Assembly: GCA_965203175.1 (NCBI GenBank)
Contig: OZ241867.1
Location: forward strand, 5,728,001 to 5,792,000
Length of the DNA: 64,000 nt
Reading direction: 5' to 3'
Origin: Candidatus Latescibacterota bacterium
GTDB taxonomy: Bacteria; Latescibacterota; UBA2968; UBA8231
Part shown: one piece after another, positions 47,139 to 55,837 of the stretch
Layout of the letters: the number at the start of each line of letters is the position of its first letter
How positions within the stretch are numbered: the first letter of the stretch is position 1
Position numbers and translations under genes: made by a program
Notes under the pieces: model-generated
Seen by the model: only the letters and a program-made list of their open reading frames with translations
Databases searched by the model: none
Told to the model about the DNA's origin: nothing

Positions 47139-48433
47139 AGCCGCAGATGGCGGTCTTGGCCTTGGGATTGTGGGCCTGCGCCGACGCGCCGCCAGAAAGT
47201 GCGTCGGCGGTCTTGGCCCGAGTGGGCGAAACCGAGATTAGCGAGCGAGATTTTGCCGCTGCCTTGGAAAAGCTGTCCGACGGCAGCGAAGCCCAGCCCC
47301 TTGCGGATTGGCGTCGCCAATTTCAGGCCCTCATCGACAAGGAACTCCTGCTGATCGAAGCCCGCGCCCAAGGGTTAGACGAAGCGGTCGCCGGTGCAAT
47401 GGAGGCTTGGGAGCGCAAAGAACTGGTCGAGGAATTGCTCGTGCGCGAGATCGGCGAACAGTTTGCTCATGCAGAAACTGAGCTAGCGGAATTCTTTGCC
47501 GAATCGGGTGCGGCCCGCGAAATTCGCCTGCGTCGCTTGCCCGTACGCGATCGGGCTGCAGCTATGGAGGCCCTTAGAAAGGTTCAAGCGGGGGTGGATT
47601 TGGCCGGAGAGTGGAGCGAGAGCGGGTGGCTCAACGCGCTCAACGCGGGCGATGCGCGCATGGCCGCTCTGTTCCTGCAGGAAGTGGGGACTGTTGAGTT
47701 GGTGGAAACTGATGGGCAGTTTTTGGTGGTAGCCATTGCGGCCGAGCGCGAGGTCTCGTTGGCAGATCGCCGCTCGCTCGTGGAAGCGGCCCTAGACCGA
47801 CACAAGAAGCAACAGGCGAACTTGGCTTATCTAGAGAGATTGACCGGTCAGTACGCAGTGCAGTTAGACACGGCCGCGTTGCGGCAGGTCGCCACAGGTA
47901 CAGCACGGCCAGAAATGCGGTTGGTCCGCAGTGCCGCGGGCGATTGGAGCGCGGCGGACTACCAGCAGGCCCTCGCCCGACTCGGAGCGGACGCCGGATC
48001 GCAGCCGACCGATGTCAGCGCCCTTGGATTCAAGGTGACGCGGGCCTTTGTCGCCGACCAGATTCTGCCGCAGGAGGCGCGCAAGCACGGTCTGTACGCC
48101 GAGTTGGAGCCACGCCGTGCCAAGGTGCGCGCAAAGAAGCTGATCCAAGCCCTGTGGGAGCGAGAAATTTACGCGCACATCCAGCTTGACCCCGCGCAGG
48201 TGCGCGCCTTTTACGAGGCCAACGCGCAACGCTACGCCCGCTCGGGCGCGCTAGGGCGGGAACTACAAGCGCAAGTCGCGCGCGATTTGCGCGACGCGCA
48301 GGCCGCGCCCCTGTTCGACCGCTACATCGAGCAATTGCGCGAGAAATACGCCGCGGTTGTCGCCGTAGATGAAGGGCAGTTCGGGAAATTTGTCTCCCAA
48401 CGCAGACAGGCTGCAAATCCCGTCGAGCTATAA
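47126..48433 (+). CDS. SurA/PpiC-like chaperone lipoprotein (degenerate parvulin domain)
   Basis: Lipobox LWAC; VLARVGE..I; LIDKELLLIEARAQGL; same architecture as 11395-12960 and 23566-25191. Confidence 0.75.
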   Translation: MELLKPQMAVLALGLWACADAPPESASAVLARVGETEISERDFAAALEKLSDGSEAQPLADWRRQFQALIDKELLLIEARAQGLDEAVAGAMEAWERKELVEELLVREIGEQFAHAETELAEFFAESGAAREIRLRRLPVRDRAAAMEALRKVQAGVDLAGEWSESGWLNALNAGDARMAALFLQEVGTVELVETDGQFLVVAIAAEREVSLADRRSLVEAALDRHKKQQANLAYLERLTGQYAVQLDTAALRQVATGTARPEMRLVRSAAGDWSAADYQQALARLGADAGSQPTDVSALGFKVTRAFVADQILPQEARKHGLYAELEPRRAKVRAKKLIQALWEREIYAHIQLDPAQVRAFYEANAQRYARSGALGRELQAQVARDLRDAQAAPLFDRYIEQLREKYAAVVAVDEGQFGKFVSQRRQAANPVEL

Positions 48434-48455
48434 GTCCGTCAGAGAGGAGTGTTCT

Positions 48456-49220
48456 ATGTACGCTTACCAAAAAATTTCCATCCTCGCTGCTGCGGCCCTC
48501 TTGTTGGGCTGCGGCCATTACCTAATCCCCGGGCGGTTTCAGCCCTTAGAGGTGGCCCAGCAGCAGACCGATATTCAAGGGTCGAGCATGAAAATCCTCG
48601 ACGACGGCACGGTCACCTTCGTGCAAAACCGCCTTGAAGTGTCCGTGCGGCCCATGACCGACGAGGAGATCAACCGCCAGTACCCGGCCGAGTCCACTAA
48701 CGCCAGCGGTCCGGCCGACGAGCTGCCGTCCAATCCGTTTACCTATGGCAATTGGATCGACCCGCGCACGGGCCAGGCACCGCAGCGTTTGTCCATCTTC
48801 AAGATCACGGTCAAAAACTACGAATACCCCAAAGTCAAGTTCGATCCGCTGATGGTGACCGTGGAGTCGGCCAATGGACGGCGCTATTATCCTTGGGGAA
48901 GTTATGACGTGGAGGAGTACTTCCGGCGTTTCCCCCTGGCCTTCAACGGCCTGGGCTATTTGCGCTACAACGAGCGCCGCGGCCTCTATAACCTAGCCAA
49001 GTACCCAGACGACGAGTTTTGCTTTTCAGGACAAGAGGTTGAAGGCTATGTGATCTTCTCCAAGATCCACGACGATGTCGCCGAGATCGCCGTCGAGATT
49101 CCCGAGTTCGGGCTGCGCTACAACTTCCGCGACGAACCCATAGAAACCATTGACCTCCACTTCCGTTTTAAGCGCGACATCAAAAAGGTCAAAAACATCG
49201 ACAAGGTGGCGGCCAACTAG
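48456..49220 (+). CDS. Lipoprotein of unknown function
   Basis: GAGGAG RBS; start MYAYQK; lipobox LLGC. Confidence 0.8.
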   Translation: MYAYQKISILAAAALLLGCGHYLIPGRFQPLEVAQQQTDIQGSSMKILDDGTVTFVQNRLEVSVRPMTDEEINRQYPAESTNASGPADELPSNPFTYGNWIDPRTGQAPQRLSIFKITVKNYEYPKVKFDPLMVTVESANGRRYYPWGSYDVEEYFRRFPLAFNGLGYLRYNERRGLYNLAKYPDDEFCFSGQEVEGYVIFSKIHDDVAEIAVEIPEFGLRYNFRDEPIETIDLHFRFKRDIKKVKNIDKVAAN

Positions 49221-49246
49221 CTAGACAGGCCAAGCTGAATAGCCTA

Positions 49247-49273
49247 GGGGCAGGCTACGGCCTGCCTCTTTTT
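49247..49273 (+). terminator. Rho-independent terminator-like hairpin
   Basis: GGGGCAGGC-TACG-GCCTGCCTC-TTTTT. Confidence 0.75.
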
Positions 49274-49301
49274 CTGTCCGGTGCCCGACACGCGTTCATC
49301 A

Positions 49302-52300
49302 ATGCTGACTAAATTCCTCCTGTTTGCCACCGCGGCCTTCTTCCTGCTATCGGTCACAGCCTTTGATCCGGCCACCATTTCGCGCTGGATTGAACGAGCC
49401 ATCGGCTGGGTGCCACTGCGCGAAGCGCCAGCGACCGATGAAGCACCCTCCCTGCGCGAAGCCGTCGCGCAAATAAACGCCACCGATCTAGAGCGCCACC
49501 TCCGCATCCTCACCGCGGATTCATCCCGCGTCACCGGCTATGCGGGGGCCGCGAACGCGGCTCGCTATATCGAAGGGGAATTCCACCGCCTCGGCCTCCG
49601 AGTCACCAGCGAACTTTTCCCCCTTTCCGTTCCCCTAGATCGCGGTGGTCGGCTGCGCTTGGGCGGTTCGGACGTAGCCTTTCCCATCTACGGATTGTGG
49701 CCCAACCACGTGCGCTCACCGTCCCTGCCACCGGGCGGTGTCTCCGGCCACCTCATAGACTTGGGGCGCGGCAGCTTAGCCGAGATGGATGGGCAACGGC
49801 TAGCGGGCAGCATTGCGCTGATGGGATTTGGCTCGGGCAACGCCCACGTCGAAGCGCGGTCCTTGGGCGCGCAGGCCATTCTGCTGTACGACGATGGCCG
49901 CGTCACGCGCAGCGAGGCCGCGGAAAAATTCCTCCAAGTGCCCGTGGACATCCCGCGCTTTTGGGTAGAAGCGGCGGACGCGGAAATCCTGCGGCAGCAA
50001 GCGCGCAGCGGCGACGCACAGGTGCATCTCGAAGCGCGCATGGAGTGGGAGCAGGTCCAGGCGCGCAATATATTCGCCGTCCTCCCGGGTTTGGCCGAGG
50101 ATATGCCGCGCGGTCAGCGCCGCGAAATCCAGCAGTGGGACGAGCAAATCATCGTCCTGCAAGCGCACTACGACGCGATCTCGGTCGTCCCCGCACTCGC
50201 CCCTGGAGCCGAAAGCGCGACCGGCATGGCCGCGCTGCTCGAGATCGCGCGTTTGCTCGTCGCCGAAGGCACCCGCTACACCGTGCTCTTTTTGGCCACC
50301 CCCGGGCACTTTCAGGGCTTGGCCGGCGTCAACGATTTCCTCTACCGCCATGCGCGCAAAAGCGAACATTTCCGCGACCAGATCCCACCTGCCGAGCGCA
50401 TCGACTTCCGCCTCTTTGTCGGCCTTGACTTGGCCAGCTACAGCCCTCGGGTCGGCAGCTTTACCATGGGAACGTTCTACAACTCGGCTTGGCGCAACGA
50501 CGACTATCAGAAGAACCTGATGGCGCACTACGCCTCGCGCTTTGCCCGCTATAACCGCGAAATTTTCGCCGACTCGGCTCGCTACCAAGACGCCGTAGCT
50601 CCGCAGAAGCGGGTGTGGAAAAACTTCATGCCCGTGCGGCTGGCCCTCGACAGCGAGGCCGCGGCCTTCGTGGGCAAAGAGGCGCTCTCTTTCGTCACGC
50701 CCAACCAACTGCGTCAGCGCGTCGATACGCCCCTCGACCGGCTCGAATTTGTCGCGCTCGACAACCTCGCCGAACAGACCCGCACCATAGCCGGGCTGAT
50801 GCTCAAGGCCGCTGCCGATCCGGACTTTTTCAACGACACTAAGCTGACCCTGCGCGATTGGGGGCACAGCCTAGAGGGCAACATCTACTGGTTCGACCGC
50901 GACGTGAATTTCGCCGTGCCCAAGGCCCCAGTGCCCAACGCCCTCGTCACCTATCTCCAACCCGGTCCCAATTCCGTGGCCGGCGTGCGCACGCTTATGG
51001 CCACGCACGGAGACGAGAACGGCTACTTCAAGTTCGACATTGTGCGCAACCGCTTTGCCAACCGGATCCAAGCCTTTGAACTAGACGAATACGGGCGCAT
51101 TGTCTCCGCGCCCGACCTCGGCGAAGAAGGCGACAAAACCTATCCGGGTACCCAGCCGTATGGCTGGTGGGAAAACCGCATGTTGCAGGTCCTCTTTCGC
51201 TGCCGCGCCCTGAGCTTCTTGGAAGTGGTCGATCCGCGCTATCTATCGGCCATGGACCGCGTCAACGTCCTCGGCACCAACGACGCGCCGCCGCGCTCTT
51301 TTTCTCTCAACTACATCGAAAACCAGAGCGCAGTGCAGGACCGGGTGGTGCAGGCCGGCGTGGTGTTTGCCGAGCCAGGCACCCGCGTCAAGATCCTCGC
51401 CGGCGAGGGGGCCTTTGGCGGCGAGAGCGCGCTCGCCGGCGTGCGCTACATGCTCACCAACGCGGACTCCGCCTTGTTCGCCGACCTCGATCCAGCCCAC
51501 GTCGATATGGCGACCATTGAGCGGGCACAGGGCGGGGGCTTCCCAGTCGAACAGGGCCTTATTCCCTACCCGGCGTTGCAGGCGGCCCGCGACATCTGGA
51601 TCATCGACGAGGCGCGGATCAAACAAATGGTGCGCCACGGCATCGTTCTCGAACAGCTACAGGCCATGCACGGCCAAGCGCGGGAGGCCCTGATCGAGGC
51701 TCGCGACAAACTCGCGGCCTTCGATTACACCGGCTACCAGCGCGCCGTGCGCCGCGCCCTCGGGCTAGAGGCCCGCATTTACCCGGAAGTCAAGGCCACC
51801 GCCAACGACGCGGTCCGCGCAGTGATTTTCTACTTCGCGCTCCTGTTGCCCTTTGCCTTCTTCTGCGAGCGATTCTTCTTCGGCTTCCCAGACGTGCGGC
51901 GGCAAATCGCCGGCTTTGTCGGCATCTTCGTCCTCGTGTTTCTGATCTTGCGCTTCGTTCATCCGGCCTTCAAGCTGAGCAGCTCGCCGTACATCATCTT
52001 CCTCGCGTTTGTCATCCTCGCCTTGGGTGTCCTCGTCATCTTCATCGTCGTCACCCGCTTCAAGGCGCTTCTGCAACGGCGCAAGGGCGCAGTCTCGGGC
52101 GTGCACGAGACCGACGTGGGCCGCATTGCCGCGGGTTTTGCAGCCGTGCTGTTGGGCATCTCCAACCTGAGCAAACGCCGCCTGCGCACCGCGCTGACGG
52201 CCGCTACTCTGACCTTTTTGACCTTTACCGTCAATTCCTTTACCTCGGTCAAATCCAGCCTCGACTTCTATCGCCTGCCGCGCGACACCTCGCCCCTGTA

Positions 52301-53927
52301 CGAGGGCGGCCTCATCCGCGACCGCGCCTGGCGCGGCATGCAGGATTCCATCTTGGACTACGTGCAGAGCGCGTTCGGCGACCGCGCCTTGGTCGTGCCG
52401 CGCGCCTGGTACTTGTCGCCAGTCGAATCCGAACGAGCCTATATCGACTTTGTCGCCACTCCAACCGGCGCGGCCAGTTTCGCGCACGGCTTGGTGGGCC
52501 TACAGCCGGCTGAAGCCGAGGTCACGGGCCTCGACGCGCACATCTCGGCGGGCCGCTTCTTCGCCGCGGGCGATGACAAGACAGTCATCTTGCCCGACAG
52601 CCTAGCCGCGCTCGTCGGCATTGGCCCCGAGGACGTGGGCACGGCTTCCATCGCGCTCTACGGCGAGGAGTACCAAGTCATCGGCCTGTTTGACAGCGCA
52701 GCCCTGAAAGAAGTCCTCGATCTCGATGGCGAGCGCCTAACGCCCGTGGATACGGTCAAAGACGCCGGCCTCATCACGCGCGAGAGCACCGAAGATCCGC
52801 GCGCCTTGGCCGCCACCGCGGTCGAGACCTTCAACCACCTCGAAGTAATCAACACGCTCTTCTTGCCCTATGAGCGGGTCCGCGCCATGGATGGCCGCCT
52901 GCGCTCCATCGCCATTGCCGCGGACGCAGACGACCCAGAATTCGTCCGGCGCGTGGAGTCCTTTATGTCGCGGGTGGCCTTGACCCTGTTCGTCGGCCAA
53001 GGCGACCGCGTCGTGGCCTACAGCTCGATTGGCTCCACCGAAATAAGCGGGGCCGGCCAGCTTTTGGTGCCGGTGATCATCGCCGCCTTGATCGTGCTCA
53101 ATACCATGATGGGGGCCGTGTATGAGCGCGTGCGCGAAATCGGCATCTACAGCGTCGTGGGCTTGGCCCCCAGCCACATCGGCCTGCTGTTTTTGGCCGA
53201 ATCCACGGTCTTTGCCACCTTTGGCGCGGTGGTCGGCTACGCCCTAGGCCAAATCGCCCATCTGTTCATGCTGCAATACGGGCTGCTCGCCGGCCTGACG
53301 CTCAACTACTCGTCGCTCTCCGCAGTATGGGCTACGGTAGTAGTCATCGGCACGGTCTATTTATCGACCTTGTATCCAGCGCGCATGGCGGCCAACATGG
53401 CCGTCCCAGACGTGACGCGGCAATGGCAATTCCCTCCCCCCGTTGGCGACCACTGGCGCTTTGACTTTCCCTTCACGGTCGGCGGAGCCGAAGTCCCGAG
53501 CATGTACGTGTATCTCAAGTCGGTCTTCGCCGCGTATGGTGAAGGCTCGATCGGCGATTTCATCGCCCGCGACGTCGATTTATCCGTCACCACCGACGGG
53601 CCGGAGCCATCCTACGCCATTGCCATGCGCACTTGGCTGGCACCCTACGACTTGGGTATCAGCCAGCAGGTGCGCCTACAGGCAACTCCCACCGGCGAGC
53701 ACCACATCTACAAAATCGAGACCCACATCGAGCGCCTCAGCGGCGACGTGGCCTCTTGGCAGCGGATGAATCGCAAATTCCTCAACGTGCTGCGCAAGCG
53801 ATTCCTCGTCTGGCGCACCCTAGCACCGGGGATCCGCCAAGAGTACCGCGAGCGCGTGTCATCCGAATTTACCCCCAATGCTGAAGACGCACAGCATACC
53901 CTCAGTAGCGCCGGACAGCCGACATGA
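49302..53927 (+). CDS. Giant membrane protein: degenerate peptidase M28-like ectodomain + FtsX/MacB-like permease
   Basis: SRVTGYAG; AHYDA..APGAESATG.AALLEIAR; NLSKRRLRTALT; ISAGRFF; VLNTMMGAVYERVREIGIYSVVGLAP..LFLAES; LYPARMA. Confidence 0.88.
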   Translation: MLTKFLLFATAAFFLLSVTAFDPATISRWIERAIGWVPLREAPATDEAPSLREAVAQINATDLERHLRILTADSSRVTGYAGAANAARYIEGEFHRLGLRVTSELFPLSVPLDRGGRLRLGGSDVAFPIYGLWPNHVRSPSLPPGGVSGHLIDLGRGSLAEMDGQRLAGSIALMGFGSGNAHVEARSLGAQAILLYDDGRVTRSEAAEKFLQVPVDIPRFWVEAADAEILRQQARSGDAQVHLEARMEWEQVQARNIFAVLPGLAEDMPRGQRREIQQWDEQIIVLQAHYDAISVVPALAPGAESATGMAALLEIARLLVAEGTRYTVLFLATPGHFQGLAGVNDFLYRHARKSEHFRDQIPPAERIDFRLFVGLDLASYSPRVGSFTMGTFYNSAWRNDDYQKNLMAHYASRFARYNREIFADSARYQDAVAPQKRVWKNFMPVRLALDSEAAAFVGKEALSFVTPNQLRQRVDTPLDRLEFVALDNLAEQTRTIAGLMLKAAADPDFFNDTKLTLRDWGHSLEGNIYWFDRDVNFAVPKAPVPNALVTYLQPGPNSVAGVRTLMATHGDENGYFKFDIVRNRFANRIQAFELDEYGRIVSAPDLGEEGDKTYPGTQPYGWWENRMLQVLFRCRALSFLEVVDPRYLSAMDRVNVLGTNDAPPRSFSLNYIENQSAVQDRVVQAGVVFAEPGTRVKILAGEGAFGGESALAGVRYMLTNADSALFADLDPAHVDMATIERAQGGGFPVEQGLIPYPALQAARDIWIIDEARIKQMVRHGIVLEQLQAMHGQAREALIEARDKLAAFDYTGYQRAVRRALGLEARIYPEVKATANDAVRAVIFYFALLLPFAFFCERFFFGFPDVRRQIAGFVGIFVLVFLILRFVHPAFKLSSSPYIIFLAFVILALGVLVIFIVVTRFKALLQRRKGAVSGVHETDVGRIAAGFAAVLLGISNLSKRRLRTALTAATLTFLTFTVNSFTSVKSSLDFYRLPRDTSPLYEGGLIRDRAWRGMQDSILDYVQSAFGDRALVVPRAWYLSPVESERAYIDFVATPTGAASFAHGLVGLQPAEAEVTGLDAHISAGRFFAAGDDKTVILPDSLAALVGIGPEDVGTASIALYGEEYQVIGLFDSAALKEVLDLDGERLTPVDTVKDAGLITRESTEDPRALAATAVETFNHLEVINTLFLPYERVRAMDGRLRSIAIAADADDPEFVRRVESFMSRVALTLFVGQGDRVVAYSSIGSTEISGAGQLLVPVIIAALIVLNTMMGAVYERVREIGIYSVVGLAPSHIGLLFLAESTVFATFGAVVGYALGQIAHLFMLQYGLLAGLTLNYSSLSAVWATVVVIGTVYLSTLYPARMAANMAVPDVTRQWQFPPPVGDHWRFDFPFTVGGAEVPSMYVYLKSVFAAYGEGSIGDFIARDVDLSVTTDGPEPSYAIAMRTWLAPYDLGISQQVRLQATPTGEHHIYKIETHIERLSGDVASWQRMNRKFLNVLRKRFLVWRTLAPGIRQEYRERVSSEFTPNAEDAQHTLSSAGQPT

Positions 53928-55834
53928 CCGCACGCGCCTTCCTCATCGGCTTGGGCCTCGTGGTCCTGATCAACATCGGGGCCCCGTACAGCATCTTCAT
54001 CCTCAAGTCCTCGCAGTGGGCGATCAGCTATCTGCCCTTGAGTGTGGTCTTTCTCTTTACCGGCTTGGTCTTTCTCAACGCCACGGCCAAGTCGCTGCTA
54101 AAAGTGCGCGGCCTGAGCACCAGCGAACTGGGCCTCATCTTCATCATGTCCCTAGTGGGAGCCTCGATTCCCACCTGGGGCACCTCCACGTACATGATCG
54201 CGGTTGTCGCCGCCCCCCAGTACTTTGCCTCGCCCGAGAATCAGTGGCAGAGCAAAGTAGTGCAGCACATCGAAGAATGGCTGGTGCCCAACGACGCGAT
54301 TGCCCTCAAGTGGTTCTACAACGGCCTGCCCGCGGGCGAATCCATTCCTTGGGGCGCTTGGATCGTGCCGCTCTTTTGGTGGACCAGTTTGGTGATGGCC
54401 ATCTTCTTTTTGTGCCAGTGCATGGTCGCGGCACTGCGCAAGCAGTGGGTCGAGTACGAGCGCCTGCCCTTCGCCCTGATGGAATTGCCCCAACAGCTCA
54501 TCGCCCCGCCGCAAGGCTCTAACTGGCCTAGCTTCGTGCGGCAAAAGGCGTTCTGGTTCGGCTTTGCCCTGCCCTTTTGCATGGTCATGTGGAACGTGGT
54601 CACGTACTTTACTCCGGCCTTCCCGCCCATCCCGCGCGATCTTTCCGACCCCATCCGCATTGGCCGCGAATTTCCCGCCATCAACACCAACATCAACTGG
54701 GCCATCGTCGGCTTCACGTACTTCGTCAATCTCGACGTGTCGTTCAGCATGTGGTTTTTCACGGTGCTAACCATGCTCCAACAGGGCCTGTTCAACCGCT
54801 TTGGCTATACCATTGCCGGCCGCGACGTGTACACCCTCGGCCATCCCGGCATCGGCTGGCAGTCTTTCGGCGCGCTAATCGCCCTCGTCGGCGGAATGCT
54901 GTGGATGGCGCGCGGGCACCTCGGCGCAATCTGGCGCAAAGCCGTGCGCAACGATGCAGACATCGACGATACCAACGAGCTGATGTCCTACCGGATGATC
55001 GTCTTTGGCGGCGGGCTGGCTCTGCTCTACATCGCCTTCTGGATGTGGCGGGCCGGCATGAACCCGCCCACGGTCGCGCTCTTCATCTTGGCCACCTTGG
55101 TCCTCTACGTCGGCATTACGCGCATCATCATGGAGGGCGGCTTGCTCTTCAGCCGCGCCCCGCTAGTCGGTCAGACCTTCGTCGGCTACGCGCTCGGGCC
55201 GCACGCTACCGCGCAGAGCAACATCGCCATGGGGCTGTCCTACGGCTGGCACCACGAGCTCAAGGGCTTCTTCATGGTCGCCGCGGCCAACAGCGCCAAG
55301 GTGTCTGGCTACATTCGCGGCAACCGCCGCTGGCTGAGCTTTTTCATCCTCCTCTCGGCACTGGTGGCCCTCGTCGTCTCCATGGCCTTTGCGCTCTACA
55401 TGGGCTACTCCTTTGGCGCGTACAACTACGGAGGGTGGATCTTCGGCACGGGTTCGCAAGTGCCCTACGTGGAAAGCCTGCGCAAAATCGACCTCAAGGC
55501 CCCCGATTGGACGCGGTTGGGCCACCTCGTCAGCGGCGCGGGTGCAATGGGACTTTTGACCTTTATGCGCTACCGCTTCTCGTGGTGGCCCCTGCACCCG
55601 ATTGGCATGCCGGTCGGCATCTGTTCCTACCCCATGACCATTATCGTCTTTTCGATCTTCGTCTCCTGGCTGGCCAAATGGGCTATTATGCGCTCGGGCG
55701 GCATCGGCCTCTACCACCGCGCCCAACCCTTTTTCATCGGCCTCATTCTCGGGTACTTCACCGCAATCGGCCTGTCCTTTTGCATTGATATGATCTGGTT
55801 CCCCGGGCAAGGGCACCCGCTGTACGGAAACTAG
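53924..55834 (+). CDS. DUF6785/DUF6784-type polytopic membrane protein
   Basis: ATGA overlap with the upstream gene; YFASPENQW, RKQWVEYERLPFAL, TRIIMEGG, WWPLHPIG, PFFIGLILG. Confidence 0.87.
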   Translation: MTARAFLIGLGLVVLINIGAPYSIFILKSSQWAISYLPLSVVFLFTGLVFLNATAKSLLKVRGLSTSELGLIFIMSLVGASIPTWGTSTYMIAVVAAPQYFASPENQWQSKVVQHIEEWLVPNDAIALKWFYNGLPAGESIPWGAWIVPLFWWTSLVMAIFFLCQCMVAALRKQWVEYERLPFALMELPQQLIAPPQGSNWPSFVRQKAFWFGFALPFCMVMWNVVTYFTPAFPPIPRDLSDPIRIGREFPAINTNINWAIVGFTYFVNLDVSFSMWFFTVLTMLQQGLFNRFGYTIAGRDVYTLGHPGIGWQSFGALIALVGGMLWMARGHLGAIWRKAVRNDADIDDTNELMSYRMIVFGGGLALLYIAFWMWRAGMNPPTVALFILATLVLYVGITRIIMEGGLLFSRAPLVGQTFVGYALGPHATAQSNIAMGLSYGWHHELKGFFMVAAANSAKVSGYIRGNRRWLSFFILLSALVALVVSMAFALYMGYSFGAYNYGGWIFGTGSQVPYVESLRKIDLKAPDWTRLGHLVSGAGAMGLLTFMRYRFSWWPLHPIGMPVGICSYPMTIIVFSIFVSWLAKWAIMRSGGIGLYHRAQPFFIGLILGYFTAIGLSFCIDMIWFPGQGHPLYGN

Positions 55835-55837
55835 CGC

